From positions 5,766,001 through 5,830,000 of the forward strand of contig JBHGNT010000005.1 of the NCBI GenBank assembly GCA_043228905.1: 64,000 nucleotides of DNA. The letters are read 5' to 3'. Shown in pieces: positions 39,381 through 54,600 of the stretch. The notes beneath the pieces were generated by a model. That model saw only the letters and a list, made by a program, of their open reading frames with translations, did not search any database and had not been told where the DNA came from. The first letter of the stretch is position 1; every line of letters starts with the position of its first letter. This DNA comes from Azolla caroliniana. Its lineage: Eukaryota; Plantae; Polypodiophyta. The position numbers were made by a program, and so were the translations under genes.

Positions 39381-39569
39381 TTGGTGCCTTGTTGTCCTAT
39401 ATAAAAGGCTTTTCCATATAATATAATCCAAATAATTTTATTTTACTTTTTTTCAAAAAAACATATCCTTCCATTAGTTTTAAAAAACATATCAACTACA
39501 AAATACAAATTGATGGAAAGGAAGTGACTATCCTTCCCAAGCTCGTCTTGTGTAAGACAATAGGTAGCC

Positions 39570-39790
39570 ATGAATCCATCATTTGATAGACTTGATTGAG
39601 CACTTCATCAAATTTCCCATTCTCATCATATCCTGCAATCAAATCATTCCAAGAGACCTATTCCTAGATTGAAAGCTTGTTAAATACTACCATGAATTAA
39701 TCCAAATAATTTGATCCATATTGTCGGATATATTGTAGCTTTAGAAGATCTATGACCACAATTCTCTTTCTAACCTATTTTCAAGATTCA
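39570..39790 (-). pseudogene. Pentatricopeptide-repeat (PLS-type) gene relic
   Basis: HGVFNKLSI*E*VSWNDLIAGYDENGKFDEVL matches the PPR consensus. Confidence 0.55.
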
Positions 39791-39899
39791 ATAGATATTC
39801 TATCTTAAATTCATAGAAGGTTTTGTATGAGAGAGGAAATTTTGAGAGATCATTGACCTCCCACTTGGTGATGCTCAAGCTCTAGGTTGTGCCATAACC

Positions 39900-40450
39900 A
39901 TTGTGGGCTACCTTAATGTACTAAAGTTCCATCTTGGGTTATCATTGTGGATTGCCATTGTGTTCAAATCCATTATGTTTTGCCTTCTAATTTGTGAAGT
40001 GATCGTGCAAAGAACTAATATACTGAGCTAATTTCATCTAAATATCCATCATGGAGTTTTATCACATGAAGTGACCATGTAAAGAACCACCATGTGCTAC
40101 CTTCACATACTAAACTCCCATCATCGGTCATCATTGTGGATTGCATTGTGTAAAAATCCATGTTTGTTGCCTTTTAATTTGTGAAGTGATTGTGCAAAGA
40201 AGATGCTAACTTCATGTAAAGACCCATCATGGAGTGTCATTACATGAAGTGACAATGCAAAGAACCATCGTGGACTATGTTTGTGTAAAGATCCAACTTG
40301 TAATATCATCATGTAAAAATCCTTCATAGATTCCTTCCATGTGAAGTGATCATGTAAAGAACTACAATGCACTACCTTCATGTAAAGATCTAGTGTGGAT
40401 TGTGGTCATGTAAAGTTCCATCATGAATTGCCTTCACAAAAATAATGATT
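39900..40450. repeat. Degenerate minisatellite
   Basis: Recurring gtgaagtgatc.tg.aaagaac and ccatcatgga motifs. Confidence 0.6.
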
Positions 40451-42885
40451 GTGGAATCATGGATTGTTCTTATTTTCAAAAGTCTTGAGGTCTACCCACC
40501 TTTCCCCTCACATAGCTATAGGTTTGTATACACATTTACTCACAAAGACACACACACAAATACTTAAAAGCAAATACATTTACACATACACACACAAACA
40601 ACCTACTCGAACACTAATACATATACTCATTCATGTAGTAACACATATACACTTAAAAGGAAAAGAAAACTCACATATGCAAATCTTGGACAACCCAAAC
40701 ATATTTACATATATATACATACAATGCACAACAATTACACACACACATAAATATACAATTATAATCACATGTAAAATCTAGTTATTCACTCTGACGCACA
40801 TACACAATTATACATTCCAAGATAATCCCGAAAAGCACATACATTCCAATTATACACAATTAATAGATCATCACACAAGCACATACAACAAAAAGCTACA
40901 ACATACACAAGAATTTTAGCTAAAGAAATGCCAACTCATTTGCCAACTCTAATGAACCTTCTTCAAAATAGCAACCACACATATCTTCCTTAGTTCAAGA
41001 TGTTGGTGACCCCATTTTGACATGAATGTATATGTATAGTTTTCTCAATGGCTTCAATGGGTATTGTAATATCCTATATTATGGATCATACTAATGATGA
41101 CCATAAGAATAAGAGATTAAGGGTTTTGTATTACACCAACCACCCTTGTGCGAAGGATATGAGACAATTATAAAATCCCATTGATGTCAAAGAAGAGAAT
41201 TTCGCCTCTCCAGTAGAGCGTTGACAATGTCTCAAGATGTCACAATGAAGGAGGTAGCTTGTCCCCATTATATTGCTCAACACCTAAAGCTCCCATATCA
41301 CCACATGTTGTAGGTACATATGGGTTTGTTCCAAAGTAACCAGTTTCCCGACTATCCTACCCTTAACTCGTTATAGTCATAAATTTGTCCATAAGTTTAT
41401 GCCTATAACATATCAACATAGTGTTTATTGAGGATCGGGCCATCCATGAGATTAAGCAAGCCTAGGTGCACGTGGTTTGATTGGTTGATTGGAACCATGA
41501 GTTCCCTATTTTCATTTGTGTGTCACTCAATTGTTGGTAGCATGTTATAGGTTGTCCAAAGTTGAGAGTGAGGACTTTGATATATGGTCTATGACATGAC
41601 TACATTGTGACACTATATGTTAAGTTGGAAATTCATATTTCATGTAGAGCACTCCATGCTCATGTACCTCATCCTAAAGTTGACTTTGGTTGGGAAACTC
41701 TTCCATTTGATGTTCCTATGTGAATTTGAGTTTGTGATTTTTTTGTCCCGACATGGAGCACAAAGTCTATCATTACTTATCGCACTTGGAGTTTATTGAT
41801 GCCCATATGTGTGTAGTGAGCAACTTCTCCAATGCAGTCATTTGTGTATCTATATGGATGACAACAGACTGTGCAAAGATGGACTCCTAAAAAATGGCTC
41901 CTTCAGTTCTAGTTCTTCTTGGACCATGAGTTACCATTGATGAGCACGATCAAAGACAAAAATTAGAAGAGTCACATTGTTGGCTATCTAAATTTATCTC
42001 CTTGATAGTGCCATAAATCATGACAATGTTGATGAAATATGGCTTCATAGTGTATAGCACCCTAAGTCCCTGCAAATACATAGGGAAGCCCATTGTGGAA
42101 TCATTGGTTAATATGTTGGGACGATGACAATACAATGTTATGTCCATAAGTGCTATACTAAGCATTATGACATTAAATGCCAATACCTAGTCAACAACAA
42201 AAAATACCCAAATGTTGCATGACCCTATACTTCTCTTGTTAGGGTTATATATCTTGATTAAGATATTGGTAATACATTTTCAATGTCCTCTTCTTCCCCT
42301 CTCATTCCCCTCTTTTTCAATTCAATTTTGGTCTTAGTAACAACTATCACAGTTTGAACTAGAATGGTTCATCAATGCTAGAACACATGCATGCTCACTA
42401 CCTTGCAACCATGCATGATTGCCACTTGGCATTCATGCAACCATTATTGATATACTCTAGTGTAATTTCTTCATCCCGAAATCCTACAATGATGGCATAG
42501 GGCATATTATGTAGATTGCCATGGACACCATTGAGACTAAACTTTTGTCATCAATGAACATGTACTCGTATTCCAAACATGGTCCAATCTTATGTCATGC
42601 AAGCTTAGAATATGGGGTATTGGCCCCTATTGAACCTTTGATAAGATGGGTTACAAGATGTTCTAGATCCTCCCCTGAATGGTCGTGTATTGGTGTAGCT
42701 CATCAACAACTTTAGACTTCAGCCATATTTTGGGAAATTGTAACTCATTGTATGTTTGCGACAACAAGTATTGTAACACACCCACCCATATAGTGACTCC
42801 ACACAAGGTCTAAAACCTAACCATGTTCATTAGAAGTGCAACCTTTCCTCTTCACCATGTCACATGCAAACCAGAGTAGATAGCA

Positions 42886-43052
42886 TGCAACAACCAGAGT
42901 TAAATTGTCACCAGAAATGAATCTAGTGTTCCATGGAAGAATTAGGCATATTGAGATCAATTACTATTTCATACAAGAACGCATTTCACGTGGGAATGTG
43001 AAGTTGGAGTTTTTCCTCAAGTGGAGAATTGTGTAGATCTCTTGACAAGAGC
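42886..43052 (+). mobile_element. Copia RNase H relic
   Basis: NLVFHGRIRHIEINYYFIQERISRGNVKLEF..DLLTR. Confidence 0.75.
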
Positions 43053-44854
43053 CATTTGGCATTGGTGAAGGATGATGCTACTATAAAAGCATTCTGTTGG
43101 GAGAATACAAGAAAGTGGAGAAAGATGAACTAGATTATGTGAAGCTCAAAACATGGAAACTAATTAATTGTGCATGTTATGTGTCAAAGAACTTGTGACT
43201 AATTAGGAAACTTACTACAATATTGCCGCACATATACATTTCTTTCATCCTCAGTATGCCCTCGAGGGAAGTTATACATCCACGTCATTTAGGTTCATAA
43301 AAGTTTTAGAAAGCAAATATAAAAAACTAAGAAATATATCATCCCATGAATATCACATCCATATCCTCTAACCTTTGAGCTAGAAAAATGTTAAATTTAT
43401 GTTACACTAATTTACAATTAAATAAGAAAACGTGCAATACACTATATATTGTTTCTAACACGTTCTCTTGAATTCACATGCTATTGTACGTCTATTGGTG
43501 ATTTCCATTCCCAATATTTATTACATGCCATGACCATGAAACCTCTTGGATTATGAGCATGATAGGTCATTGAATATTGTGACCATAATTAGAAGTATAA
43601 TTTGAGTGGTGTTAACCTATTTTTATTAGAAGGAATAATAGTAATTACTTTCCACTTCATAAGATGTGGCACTTTTTTACACCTAAGGTATACTACATAT
43701 GGCGATATTAATTAAAACGTGTATGGTTAGTATCAACATTATCTTCAATAGGAATGGTAATGTTGACATTTTCTTATTTATATATTCCAATGATTAGATA
43801 GTTTAGCAATATGCCCCTTCAAACTTTCTTCCTCGCACACCTCGAGAAATAAGTACACTCTAATGGAGTTACACTTTCCAAAGCCCTAATAATTTCATGT
43901 TGTACCATTCTTTCCCATTCACCCAAGGAGTGGGTTGCTTTAGCAATGCGCTTCCAATCTTACTTCATCACTATAAAGGAAATAAACTCCTTTGCCACCT
44001 TTCAAAGGTCACTTTCACCTTTTTGTTATATTCTAGAAATGAGTAGATGACCTTGGCATTGCATTGCCTTTTTGAACGTCGTTTTCACCTTTCGTTATCT
44101 TGAAATGACTACGTGATCTTGGCAACTTTCACCTTCCAAACTATCTTCTTGAGACGGATGTCATGAATAAGTGAATCTTTACTGCATTAGGAATGCCCAA
44201 TCATTTTCCGTTCTTGTCTTCTTTATCCATAGACAAGTATATATGTCTTCCTTTGTATGACACGTGTTAGGGAAATCACTCTTACAAGGCAAATTTCAAT
44301 ATCTAGCATAGATTCGAAGCATATTGTAATAATCATAACACCTCGATATTGTCGTGTGATTATTTGTATAAATTAAATACTCTTCCAATTAGCAAGTGGC
44401 AACTTAACATTTATAGGAAGTATACAATCTTGAGATCGTGACAACTCCATGTTACTTACATTTTCAAAGTTGATCGTCAACATTTGGATAGTCTTCCAAT
44501 TATTATGTGATAATGCAACATTCCTAAGAATTTAAAATGCATTGAGATCGTGGCAATTCAATAGAAATTATTCTAGGAGTTGTAAACACAATGAGATCAT
44601 GACAACTTAGCATTTCCTTGATTTTTTATATGGATAAAGTTAATTGATGAAACCTATTGTGGCAAAAAATGTCTTGGATGTGGAAAATGTAAAATTACTC
44701 TAATTATGGTATGCCAAATCGTCATTTTCCTATTTAAAAACTCATTCATAGCACACATTTCATATTTTATAACTACAAGCTACACATTACTTGTTTTGTC
44801 CAATTTTTCATATTCAAGCTTCGTTTTTTCTGACAACTTTAATTTGATTTTGGA

Positions 44855-45110
44855 TCATAGTACGAACCATATGTACCATACGTGCATTCGCATTCAATGA
44901 TGTTTCAATCACTCGAGTATTGTAAACAACCTCGAAGTATAGTAAATATCATACAATTGTATTCATTATGTAATGTAAGGTAAAACGTTTTCTAAAGTAA
45001 GAAAGTTAAGGTAAAAAACATAAAATAAAAACATAAGCATGTTTTCATAACATACACATTGGTTGCAAACGTATGAAAAAGAATGGTTGCAAATGCATTC
45101 GAGTATGTTA
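44855..45110 (+). repeat. Dispersed AT-rich repeat; a related copy lies at ~48290-48520 in dioxygenase intron 1
   Basis: Shared catagta.gaaccata..cctcgaagta.agtaaat..tgtattcattat..taaggtaaaacgtttt..aaaaacataag. Confidence 0.65.
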
Positions 45111-45959
45111 GATTCTATGTTTTGGATTACTAAATATCTATAACTACTCAAATATAATAAAATCAATTGTCAGTTACGACCAAAATGAGTGGCTAACTTG
45201 CCATTAACAAAATGCTTATTTGAACTCCTTACTAACATACCACTTCCCATTTGGCTCCTTCTACACTAGTCTTTGGGAAAACAACCTTGTCATTCACTAG
45301 AATGTTGGAACACAAATACTTAGCCAAATGGCAAGGATGTGTCATTAGTGCCTCACAATTGCCACTCATCCATCATTATTACATATGGATAGTCTTGTAA
45401 CATCTAGCTAATAAAATGGTTTGCAACCACCAAATGCGACGGAATTTGTAGCTCAAATTTATGCCAATGTCATACTGCATGTCACACAATTATCTTAACA
45501 TTTGCAAATACTAATGGATCATGTTTGAGTTGTATAGTATTGCTATTGGGTTGCCGGTCAACTTTACTAACTCAAACATCTTATACTTTCATTGTATATG
45601 ATTGACATGCACAAGAATGGACAAAGACATATAATTGTCCCAAGTGAGATAACATGACACCTCAAACTTTGCCACTGAAAAAAGAGAGTTGAGTGGGTTC
45701 TGCCAAGAGTCTTACAAAAAAAGGCTTAGTGGAAAATAGCCACTTAGCCATTTCATGTCAATTTACAAAACACTAGTTCATTTGTTTAGGAGTTGTCCAT
45801 CAACAATAACTTTTTATTCGTGAGGCAACGAGAGCCAAAAAATAAATAATCGTTGTCAAATGTAACAATTCCATATACAAGACAAAAGGGTATACAATCT
45901 ACGAAGGACGGGAGTGGGTTGTCCATGATGAGAAGAGATGATCATGATCAGTAACCGAT

Positions 45960-46041
<82 letters not shown>

Positions 46042-46139
46042 TTGATTGGACATATGCCAGAAATAGGAGATTGACTATGATCTCAACAAATGATGCTTAT
46101 CACAAGTTGATTGACAAACATAAGTGGATGGAAGAAAGT

Positions 46140-46660
46140 GTTATAAAGATAAGGGGGTTTTGTAAGCCCATTACCTGGTGGTTTCATGTGATCAAGGCAA
46201 GTTGGTGCTCTAGATTGGTGCTATGAGCTAAGGCATTCATTTGGTGAGTTACGGTTGGAGCTTTACCGTTGGGGGACGCATTAAAAAAAAGAAACATTGC
46301 TAGAGGAATGTGTTTTTTTGTTCAGTGGAATTACAACATAGTAGGCATTGATTTCTTTCATGCTTCGATGGCTAGGATGGTTTGGAGGTGTATCAATTTA
46401 GTGTGGATTCTCTAACTAGAGTAAGGGTATCTTCCTTCGGTTGGGTTTTTGCACATATGGAGAACAATGAACAAATGCCTCATTTCCAAATTATTTTTGA
46501 GTTCTTGAGGTATTGGGGGCTATGGTTCAATTGGAATATGCGGAATGCCTTCACTTTTGATTCACAAGTTGGGGTGAGAAAAACATGTTGTAAAGTTAAA
46601 AGGACTTCTTTTGTGGCAATTGACGGTGCTACAGAAGTCATGAAATCTCAACCATGAAGA
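46140..46660 (+). mobile_element. LINE (L1) ORF2 C-terminal zf-RVT fragment
   Basis: KAFIW*VTVGALPLGDALKKRNIARGMCFF..H.F..C..WGLWFNWNMRNAFTF. Confidence 0.7.
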
Positions 46661-46798
46661 GAGAGAACTTTGCAAGGTCACATATCATCATATACATCCT
46701 TAGAAGGGTTCTATACTTTGTTGTAAGTTAGTCACACTAAGACCAAATTTGGCCCATGAGACAATTGGTTTACAATAAAAATGGGGTATTTACCCATT

Positions 46799-46843
<45 letters not shown>

Positions 46844-47496
46844 ATGCAAGGTCACATATCATCATATTCGCCATTTGAATTGGTGTGTAGGGTAGCATTG
46901 AGTTTGGAGTCGTAGTAGTATTTATCTCCCTTATAATGAATCTATACTTTGTAGTAAGTTAGTCATGGTGGTGTATTTTTATTTACGAAAGAGAGAGAGA
47001 GAGAGAGAGGAAATAAGAAAAGAGGCTCGATATAAGGGGGAGGGGGGGGGGGGGGGTTCCACGTTTGTGTCGTACGAGAGATGAGCATGTACACGTGAGG
47101 AGACGTGGCATAGACATGGTTAGGGTGGTGGTGGGCGTATGGGAAATAGGAGACGGATGATTGATAGCACGAGACAAATTCATGGGTTGGCGTGTGAGAC
47201 ACGTAAGGCGCGTGTGATATTTGTTGTTGTTGTTATGTGTTATGGGAAGGTTGGTGTCATATATATATGTATATAATATATATATATATATTGAGAGAGG
47301 AGGAGGAGTAAATCAATCAACAAATTCTATCATCTTATCTATTCCTTTACCTTTTACTCTATAACATATGACATTAAACACTACTGACTACACTACTGAG
47401 TACACTACTAAAAGAAAAAGGAAGGGCAGAGCCTAGCCTAGGCAGAAGGAAGGAAGGAAGGAAGGAAGGAAGAAAAAGACAAAGAGACAACAGAAC

Positions 47497-47534
<38 letters not shown>

Positions 47535-47666
47535 AGAAGAGAAGACAGAAAGGAAAGGAAGGCGAGAGAAGAGAGCAGAGAGAGCAGAGAGACAGACAGG
47601 TTTTGAAGTAAAAGTTACACAGAGCTCTCCTTCCGCCTTCATTTTTCTGCGTTTGGATCGGATTGG

Positions 47667-48555
47667 ATGCAGGGCCCCACAACCATCGCCATCGCCATCG
47701 CCACCGCCACCACGTATGTGCAGGACCTGGCGGAGAGCTGCGTCAGCCTCCCCCCGGAGTACGTCAGCAGGCCGCCGCCGCCGCCGCCGCCGCCGGAGGA
47801 GGAGGAGGAGGAGCCGCTCCTCTCCGCCTCCGATGGCGACCTCCCCGTCCTGGACATGTGGTCCTACGATCAGTACCACCCGGCCGCCACTTCTTGCTTG
47901 CCGTCCGATTTCGTCCGCGAGCTTCGCCAGGCTTGCTCCGCGTGGGGCGCGTTCCAGCTGGTGAATCACGGGATCCCGGAGGACGTGCTGTCCCGCGCCC
48001 GCCACGCGCAGCGCCTCTTCTTCGGCCTCCCCCCCCACATCAAGCTCGCCTACGCCAACGACGTCTCAGCCGGACGCTACGAGGGCTACGGCAGCCTCCT
48101 CGGTGCCCATCGCCACGGCTCCGCGCCTCGCGACTGGCGCGATTACCTCTACCTCACCATCCTCCCCCGCTCCTCCAACTGGCCTTCCCACCCGCCTTGC
48201 TTCAGGTATGTCCATCTATACCTTTCTCCATATCAATATTACACACTCATTATGCGAAAATCTATATATAAATAGACGCGTATAGATGTTCGCATAGTAT
48301 GAACCATACACACCATATATATGCGCATTCTCAGTCGACTAATGGTAAACACCCTCGAAGTAAAGTAAATTCCATACTTTTTGTATTCATTATTTACTAT
48401 ATAAGGTAAAACGTTTTTCTTAAGGTAAAAAAGTGAGAAAAAAGAGTGTTAAAAAAACATAAGTATATTCGTATGCTGAAAACGAATGTTTGAGCAGAAG
48501 AATGTGAATATTACGTTCTATAGATGTGCGTGTATATGTGTGTGTGTCTGTGTGC

Positions 48556-48614
<59 letters not shown>

Positions 48615-51600
48615 GTCATTGTCGGTCATTATATCGGAAGCTCGAATAATGTGGTCATTATATGAGAAGCATCATAGATGGTCGGAGCTGCTCCATGACA
48701 ATGTCCAGTTAGCTCTACATGTAGGTAGGTGCTAGTAATGCCGGGTTGTTGGAAGTACCAAAACGTCAGGGATTCTCCACATGTGTGGAGGTGGTGTACC
48801 TAGAAGATCTTTCCTTCCTTCCAAAACATGCCATTAAAACATGTTACGGAAAGACACCCAGGATTTGCTTAAATGTATGTATGTATACACTAAATTAGCT
48901 TCACTCATGAACTCTGTCTATTCATCAAAGAACTATGGGATGTGTCACCTGGTCATGCCACATTTCAATCCTCCTCTAGGAAGGCCTTATATATAAAGGT
49001 AAAAAAAAGTCTTGGACAAGATTGTGGAACTATAGGCTGTAGATTGAGAAAAGAAAGTTTAAAAATGTAAGAGTGTAAAACAATCATTATTTCAAAGATG
49101 CTTGAAGCCTTTAGTGAATAATTATTACACGGCATATAGTTTGTGTCAAATCTTGATTCTTGATGAGAATGTTGGAATTCGAACCTTTATATAAATCGCT
49201 ATGTCATAAGCTCTACTTTGGGAAATATTTTTTTTGGATTATTTTGTTACTCCAAAAATGATCAATTTCTTTGGTGTGAATTCAGGCTCTTCCTTGATAC
49301 AAAGATTGCATTGCAATTTCAGGCCTTTCATAGCATCAAATTCGTTGATCCATGTAATATTATCAACTATTTCTTACTTTCTTTGTCTTCCCAAAATAGA
49401 TAGTTACTCCTGGTACTCAAGAGACCTAGTCATACCATGACTGGAATCCACATCTTTGACCAGATGATTAGGGAATATGCAAGCTCATTTGAGTTTTTAA
49501 GTTTTGACACTATACGATAATGTGGTTTCTAGGGTCCCCTCTTTTGGACAACATCAATATTTCTTGAACTTTCTTACACGATCTATGTTCTAGATCAAAA
49601 TTGCTCTCCTTTTTCTTAAGATTCGAGACATCCTATTGTTTTTGTGCAAAAATGCGTCAAGTTCGGGCATGTGTGGGTGGAAGAACTATGATTCTCGATA
49701 ATCCTAGTTGTCTTAAAGAATATGTTAGAGGTGTTAGGACTGAACACATGCAATGATGAACTTGATTCACAAGGTTTCAAACCTCTTACCTCTGTATTAG
49801 AAACAAGATGTTTTAACCAACTAAGTGACGAAGGATATTTAGAATAAAGTCGAGATAATCAAGATAAGATGAGAAGCATCAAAATGTTTCTATAATGAAT
49901 TGTATGGGTTGTTTGCAAAGTAGAAGTATGGTTTGTAGGCTAAGTAGAATTTTTGGTAGGATATTCGGTAGTATATTCTGGGTCCTCCCTCCTCACTTAA
50001 TAAGGTGCCCTTATATAGGGTTCCTTAATGCACCTTTAACTAACTAAATGAGGAAGCATATTTATAATAAGTTAAGAGAATCAAGATACTAAATGGGCTC
50101 TCATCTTCTCACTTAATGAGGTGCCCTTATATAGGGTTCCTCATGTACTTAAGGCTAATTTTGTACCATCGCTTGACGCACATGTTTTATTTAGCCTTCG
50201 CTCAATGACTTGGAACCAACTTATCATTATCTAAATGGTAAGTGATTTTTTTCTATGTTTACAATCTCTATCTTAGTGGTAATTACATTGTTGTGCATGC
50301 TAAAGATACAGTTCTCGTCTCATTCCATTAATGAAGTGACATCTTATATATATATAATGTTTGATTCAAAATATTATCCTCTCATGCACTCTTTTTGTAA
50401 TTGGGGAATGTATACTTAGTCTTGAGTTGATTGACATTTTCTTCCAAGGCCAATATGACAATTCCAATTTGTTAGATGTTTTTTTCGTCATCATTATAAT
50501 ACTATGCCAACAAGATAACTTGTTCATATCATATTCTTATAAACACTATTTTCAACTTGCAAAAAGGATATTTTATTACAATATTCAATTTCACAAGATA
50601 AAAAAAATCCTTATCATCTAGATTGACCATGTCGGCCTTGTCGGTCGGAACCGTCGACTCCTGTTCTTCCTCGCGCTCGCCTCTCCGTAGGCTCGTCCGA
50701 CTCGTCGGTAGGTCCTTGCCGCGATCCCTCCTGTGCACGTGCCCCCACGTTGGCTCTTCGTCTGGCCCCTTGCACGCTCTGCTCTCCGCCGTATGTCTGA
50801 TGTCCCCCGTTGGAGGAGCACCCACAGTGACCCGCTTGGCCTCAATCGTCTTGCGCGGTTGCAACCAGTCCGGAGCTTTTCTCACGCCGTCGTCCCCTCG
50901 CCCCCACCAACTTCTCATCTCGGGCTTGCCGCGACAGTCGTCGCTACCCCTCTTGCGCCGCCGAGATCTTTGAAGCGAGTGTGGAGGATCCTCCTCCAGC
51001 CCTTGATGTTGTCTCCGGTCGTCGCGTGTCCGTTACCGCGTTCCCTTGTTCGGCGTCGCCTGTGCTGAACGTTGTCCTGTAGTCACGTTTGATCCGGCCC
51101 GCAATGGCCACCTGCGTGACCCTTGTTCTGCCCCTAGGTGTGCCTTTCCGGCCCGACCCACCCCCATGCGTTAACTCCTTTCCGGCTCCTTCGGAAGTCG
51201 TAACCGGCCGGTAAGGGTTTCGCACTTAGACAGCTCATGTCTTGTCAGCTCTTATTGATGTTGGGCCCCGTTTCGTGCCGTCACTGTCCTTCTCTCTCGG
51301 TCTCACGTTGCCATGTTGGCTGAACAACTGGAGCCTCCCGATCGGTGTGAGGATCCCATAGGACCGGGTCTTCGTTTCTCCTTGCCGGAATTCGGGGTAT
51401 CTTTTGTTTGAGTCACTCCCGACTCTCCTCGTGTCTTCCGCATTGCCAGGTCCTGTTCCCTGCCGCCACCATCCTTCTCTCTCGGGCTTACGTTGCCATG
51501 TTGGCCGAACAGCTGGAGACTCCGGATCGGTATGAGGGCCCCATAGGACCGGGTCTTCCTTGTCCTACATTCACGTAACACCTTGGTTGGTCGGTGCCTC

Positions 51601-54600
51601 TACTATCGCCACCTTCGTCCCCTTGCCGCCACCTTCCATTACCCTCGGTCTCACGTTGCCACGTCGGCTGAACAGCCGGAGTCTTCGGACAGGTGTGAAG
51701 GATCCTTCTTGGGCCTCCGTCTTGTTGGGTCACCGACTCGTGTACCAAGCGCGTCCAAACTTTGTCTTATCGGCCCTGCCGATCGGGCCCGTGTCCGGTT
51801 CGTGACCGCCTTGCCGGCCTCATACCTCCTTTCGCTCTGTTTTCCGTCATCCGATCACGTTCTCCTGCCGCCATCGTCCTTTCCTATAGGACTCACGTTG
51901 GCACTCGGGCCGACTGCCGGATCGGTGTGAGGATCTTCGTGGGACTTCCCCCTTTGGCGTCTTGGTTTCCCGCCTTGCCGCCGCCACTGTTCCTTACTCT
52001 AGTGTCTAGAAATGGTGTGTGTAAGGTCGCGGCTGCACAACTTGCCGTAGCCCCGACCTCCATGTTGGCCTCTTCTGCTAGTCATGTTCACCTACCACCA
52101 CCGATCTCTCCTATAGGACCGATTTCGTAATGTCTTCTTGCCACCGACCCTTTTACTGGTGTCGGTGGATAGCATCTGCTCTGTGATCAACCAAGCCCCT
52201 CCTGGGCTTGATTCTCCAATGTTCAGAGTTTCGGCTCCGATGCCGATCCTGCCGGATTCGTTCTGAACCCTTGATCACCTTCTTCCCGATTCCCGAACTT
52301 CGCCCGGTCGGTCTTTCTCCCCATGTAAAATAGGGTGGCTCGTTCCACACCCTCTTCGGTATCGGCACCTTCATGCCGATTCTGGCCCCAGTCGAACAAT
52401 CCACGACCGGATCGCGCTCCAACCGAATCGGAATGCCGCGCGGTTCGGTCCTCGGTCAGGTCGTTTCTTGGTCTCTTCGTACCTTTTCGCGGGCCATTTC
52501 CCATCCATCTTCGCTAGCATCGTGCCAGGACTCCTCGATACTGTCATCCATCTCCTCGATCTCACATGGGCGTAAGGGCCCGAATGTCGAGTTCTCCGGA
52601 ATCGGTTCCGAGGGCTCTTGTCCGCTCCTTCCTCGTATCGTCTCGTCGATGATTCTCAGTCTCTCGCTGCTACCGCCTTCCTCCTCTTGGGACTCACGTG
52701 GGCACTCGGGCCCGACTGCCATCGTCTTGGGAGCAAGTGTGAAGATGCGTAGAATCGCCCGTCCTATTTACGCCCTTGTTCGTAGCCATCGGCTCCTCGT
52801 GGTCGGTGGTCATCCCTTTACCGATCACGCAAGCCCTGCCTGGGCTTGCCTCTCCAATGTTCGGAGTTTCGGGCTGACGTGCCCAAAACCGTCGGTCCCA
52901 ACGTTCTGATTCTGTGATCGGTATCTCAGCCTTGTCCTTGTTCGTTCTATTTTCGCAAGCCGAGAGGGCGTTTTGTTCCGCTCCCTCTCCCGTGGTATCG
53001 TCGTATCGATCTTCTGCCATTGCACGAGGCAAGCTCGTCTCCTCGACGTCGGCTCGTGGCCTCGGTCTTTCCTCTTCCTCGAGCATTGCCTTGAGAGCTG
53101 CGTATGCCTCTACAATCCTGGCCCCGAAGTCGAGCCTTGCCGATTCTCTTTGCCGTTCGACCTCTTCCCGTTGTGATGGCGTGCCGTCGCGCGCCTTCCT
53201 CCTAGCCTTCTCAGCTCGCCCATCATCTAGCCGTTGGCATACCCTTTTGACCTTCGACCAGTCCTCGGTAAGGCCATTCGCTCCGTCCTCGTCTTTGAGC
53301 TCAATCCCGATGGCCTCCCGTTCCGCTCGGTCGATTGACTTAACGAACAATAGGACTTTGTCCGCCCCCACCGAACCTTGTTCCCGTTCTGGGAGCCGAG
53401 CAAGCCGTCGCTCGAACTCTCGGAACGCCTTTGTTGCGCCCCGGTGGGTCTTCGCCGACACAACCCACTGGTCGAAGCCGCGTCGTCCCCGGCTCTTCCG
53501 TCGTCCTCCATATGCCTGCATGAGCGCCTCTTCAAAGGCCTCCCACGAACTATGAGCTTCTCGAAGCTCCTTCACTTCCGCGTGCATACGGACGGCGACA
53601 ACCCGACAGAAGAACTCCAGACTCAACGCCTCGTCTACGCCTCGCTCCATTTCCGCGTTGTAGGCTTCCAAGTAGAATGGGACCTTTGTCCCCGTTGAAA
53701 CGGCCTACTCTTTCGACCACGCATTCGACAACTTGTTGCGCCGTCTCTCTTCTTGTTGTTGCTCGTCCAAACTCCCTCACCGCTTTGACAAAAAGTTGTG
53801 CGAAGTCATTTTCTTCCAACTCCATTCTCCCTTGCCGCCCTTCACGTCAGGTTCACCAAATATGTCACGTTGTTATGCACGTGCGAAAGGCGGGAGCACG
53901 GGGGCCTCGGACGAGGGAAGAAGGGATGCCAAGAAACCGACCTCAGACACGTGCCAGGGGGCAACCGAACACAAGAGAGGGAGAAAAGAGAGGGAGAGCA
54001 TGCGCGCGACACCGACTCTTATGTACAACAAAACAAAGGAGGGGGCTATGCACCCAGCACCAACAGAGACACCATTATGCACAAACAGATATGACCATGT
54101 ATATTACAAGGGAAAGAATACAACCCCGGCTTCGAGCCAAATCAAGGTAAGTTACAGCAGCAGTTTGTTGCCAAGCCGCCGATCGGGGAGCTCACGGGCT
54201 TGTCACGCCGAGCGGGGTCTTGGACAGGAGACCGAACAGAAGCAAAACCCTAAACAAACACGAACTCTCAACCCTCACGACGAGGAAGAAGAAGAAGAGA
54301 ACTACCAAGTTAAAACCGCATAACCCTAATCTAATGGTATACCCTCTAACACAAAATGGGCAACCCTTTACAAAAGGGCACTCCCTTCCTTTTATAGAAC
54401 AAGGAGAGGGATGGGTAACAATGTGGGATAAATCCCTTATTATATGGGATCCTCTCTCCCGAATTAACTATTGTCCGGCCCATAATGGCGCCCCTATTCT
54501 TTACACAATTTGTACAAGAGTGGGTACACATGGTGCACCTTGTCGATTCCTCCAATATCTCCTGGTTTCTCACCGTAGCCCAAAATCTTCACGACACCGT

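Noticed and set aside
41000-42720. Possible very old Gypsy RNase H/integrase relic (and a Copia gag relic near 14700-15330)
   Set aside because: Too decayed to support by eye.
47433-48271. Alternative-frame ORFs over dioxygenase exon 1
   Set aside because: By-products of high GC and CCG/GAG repeats.
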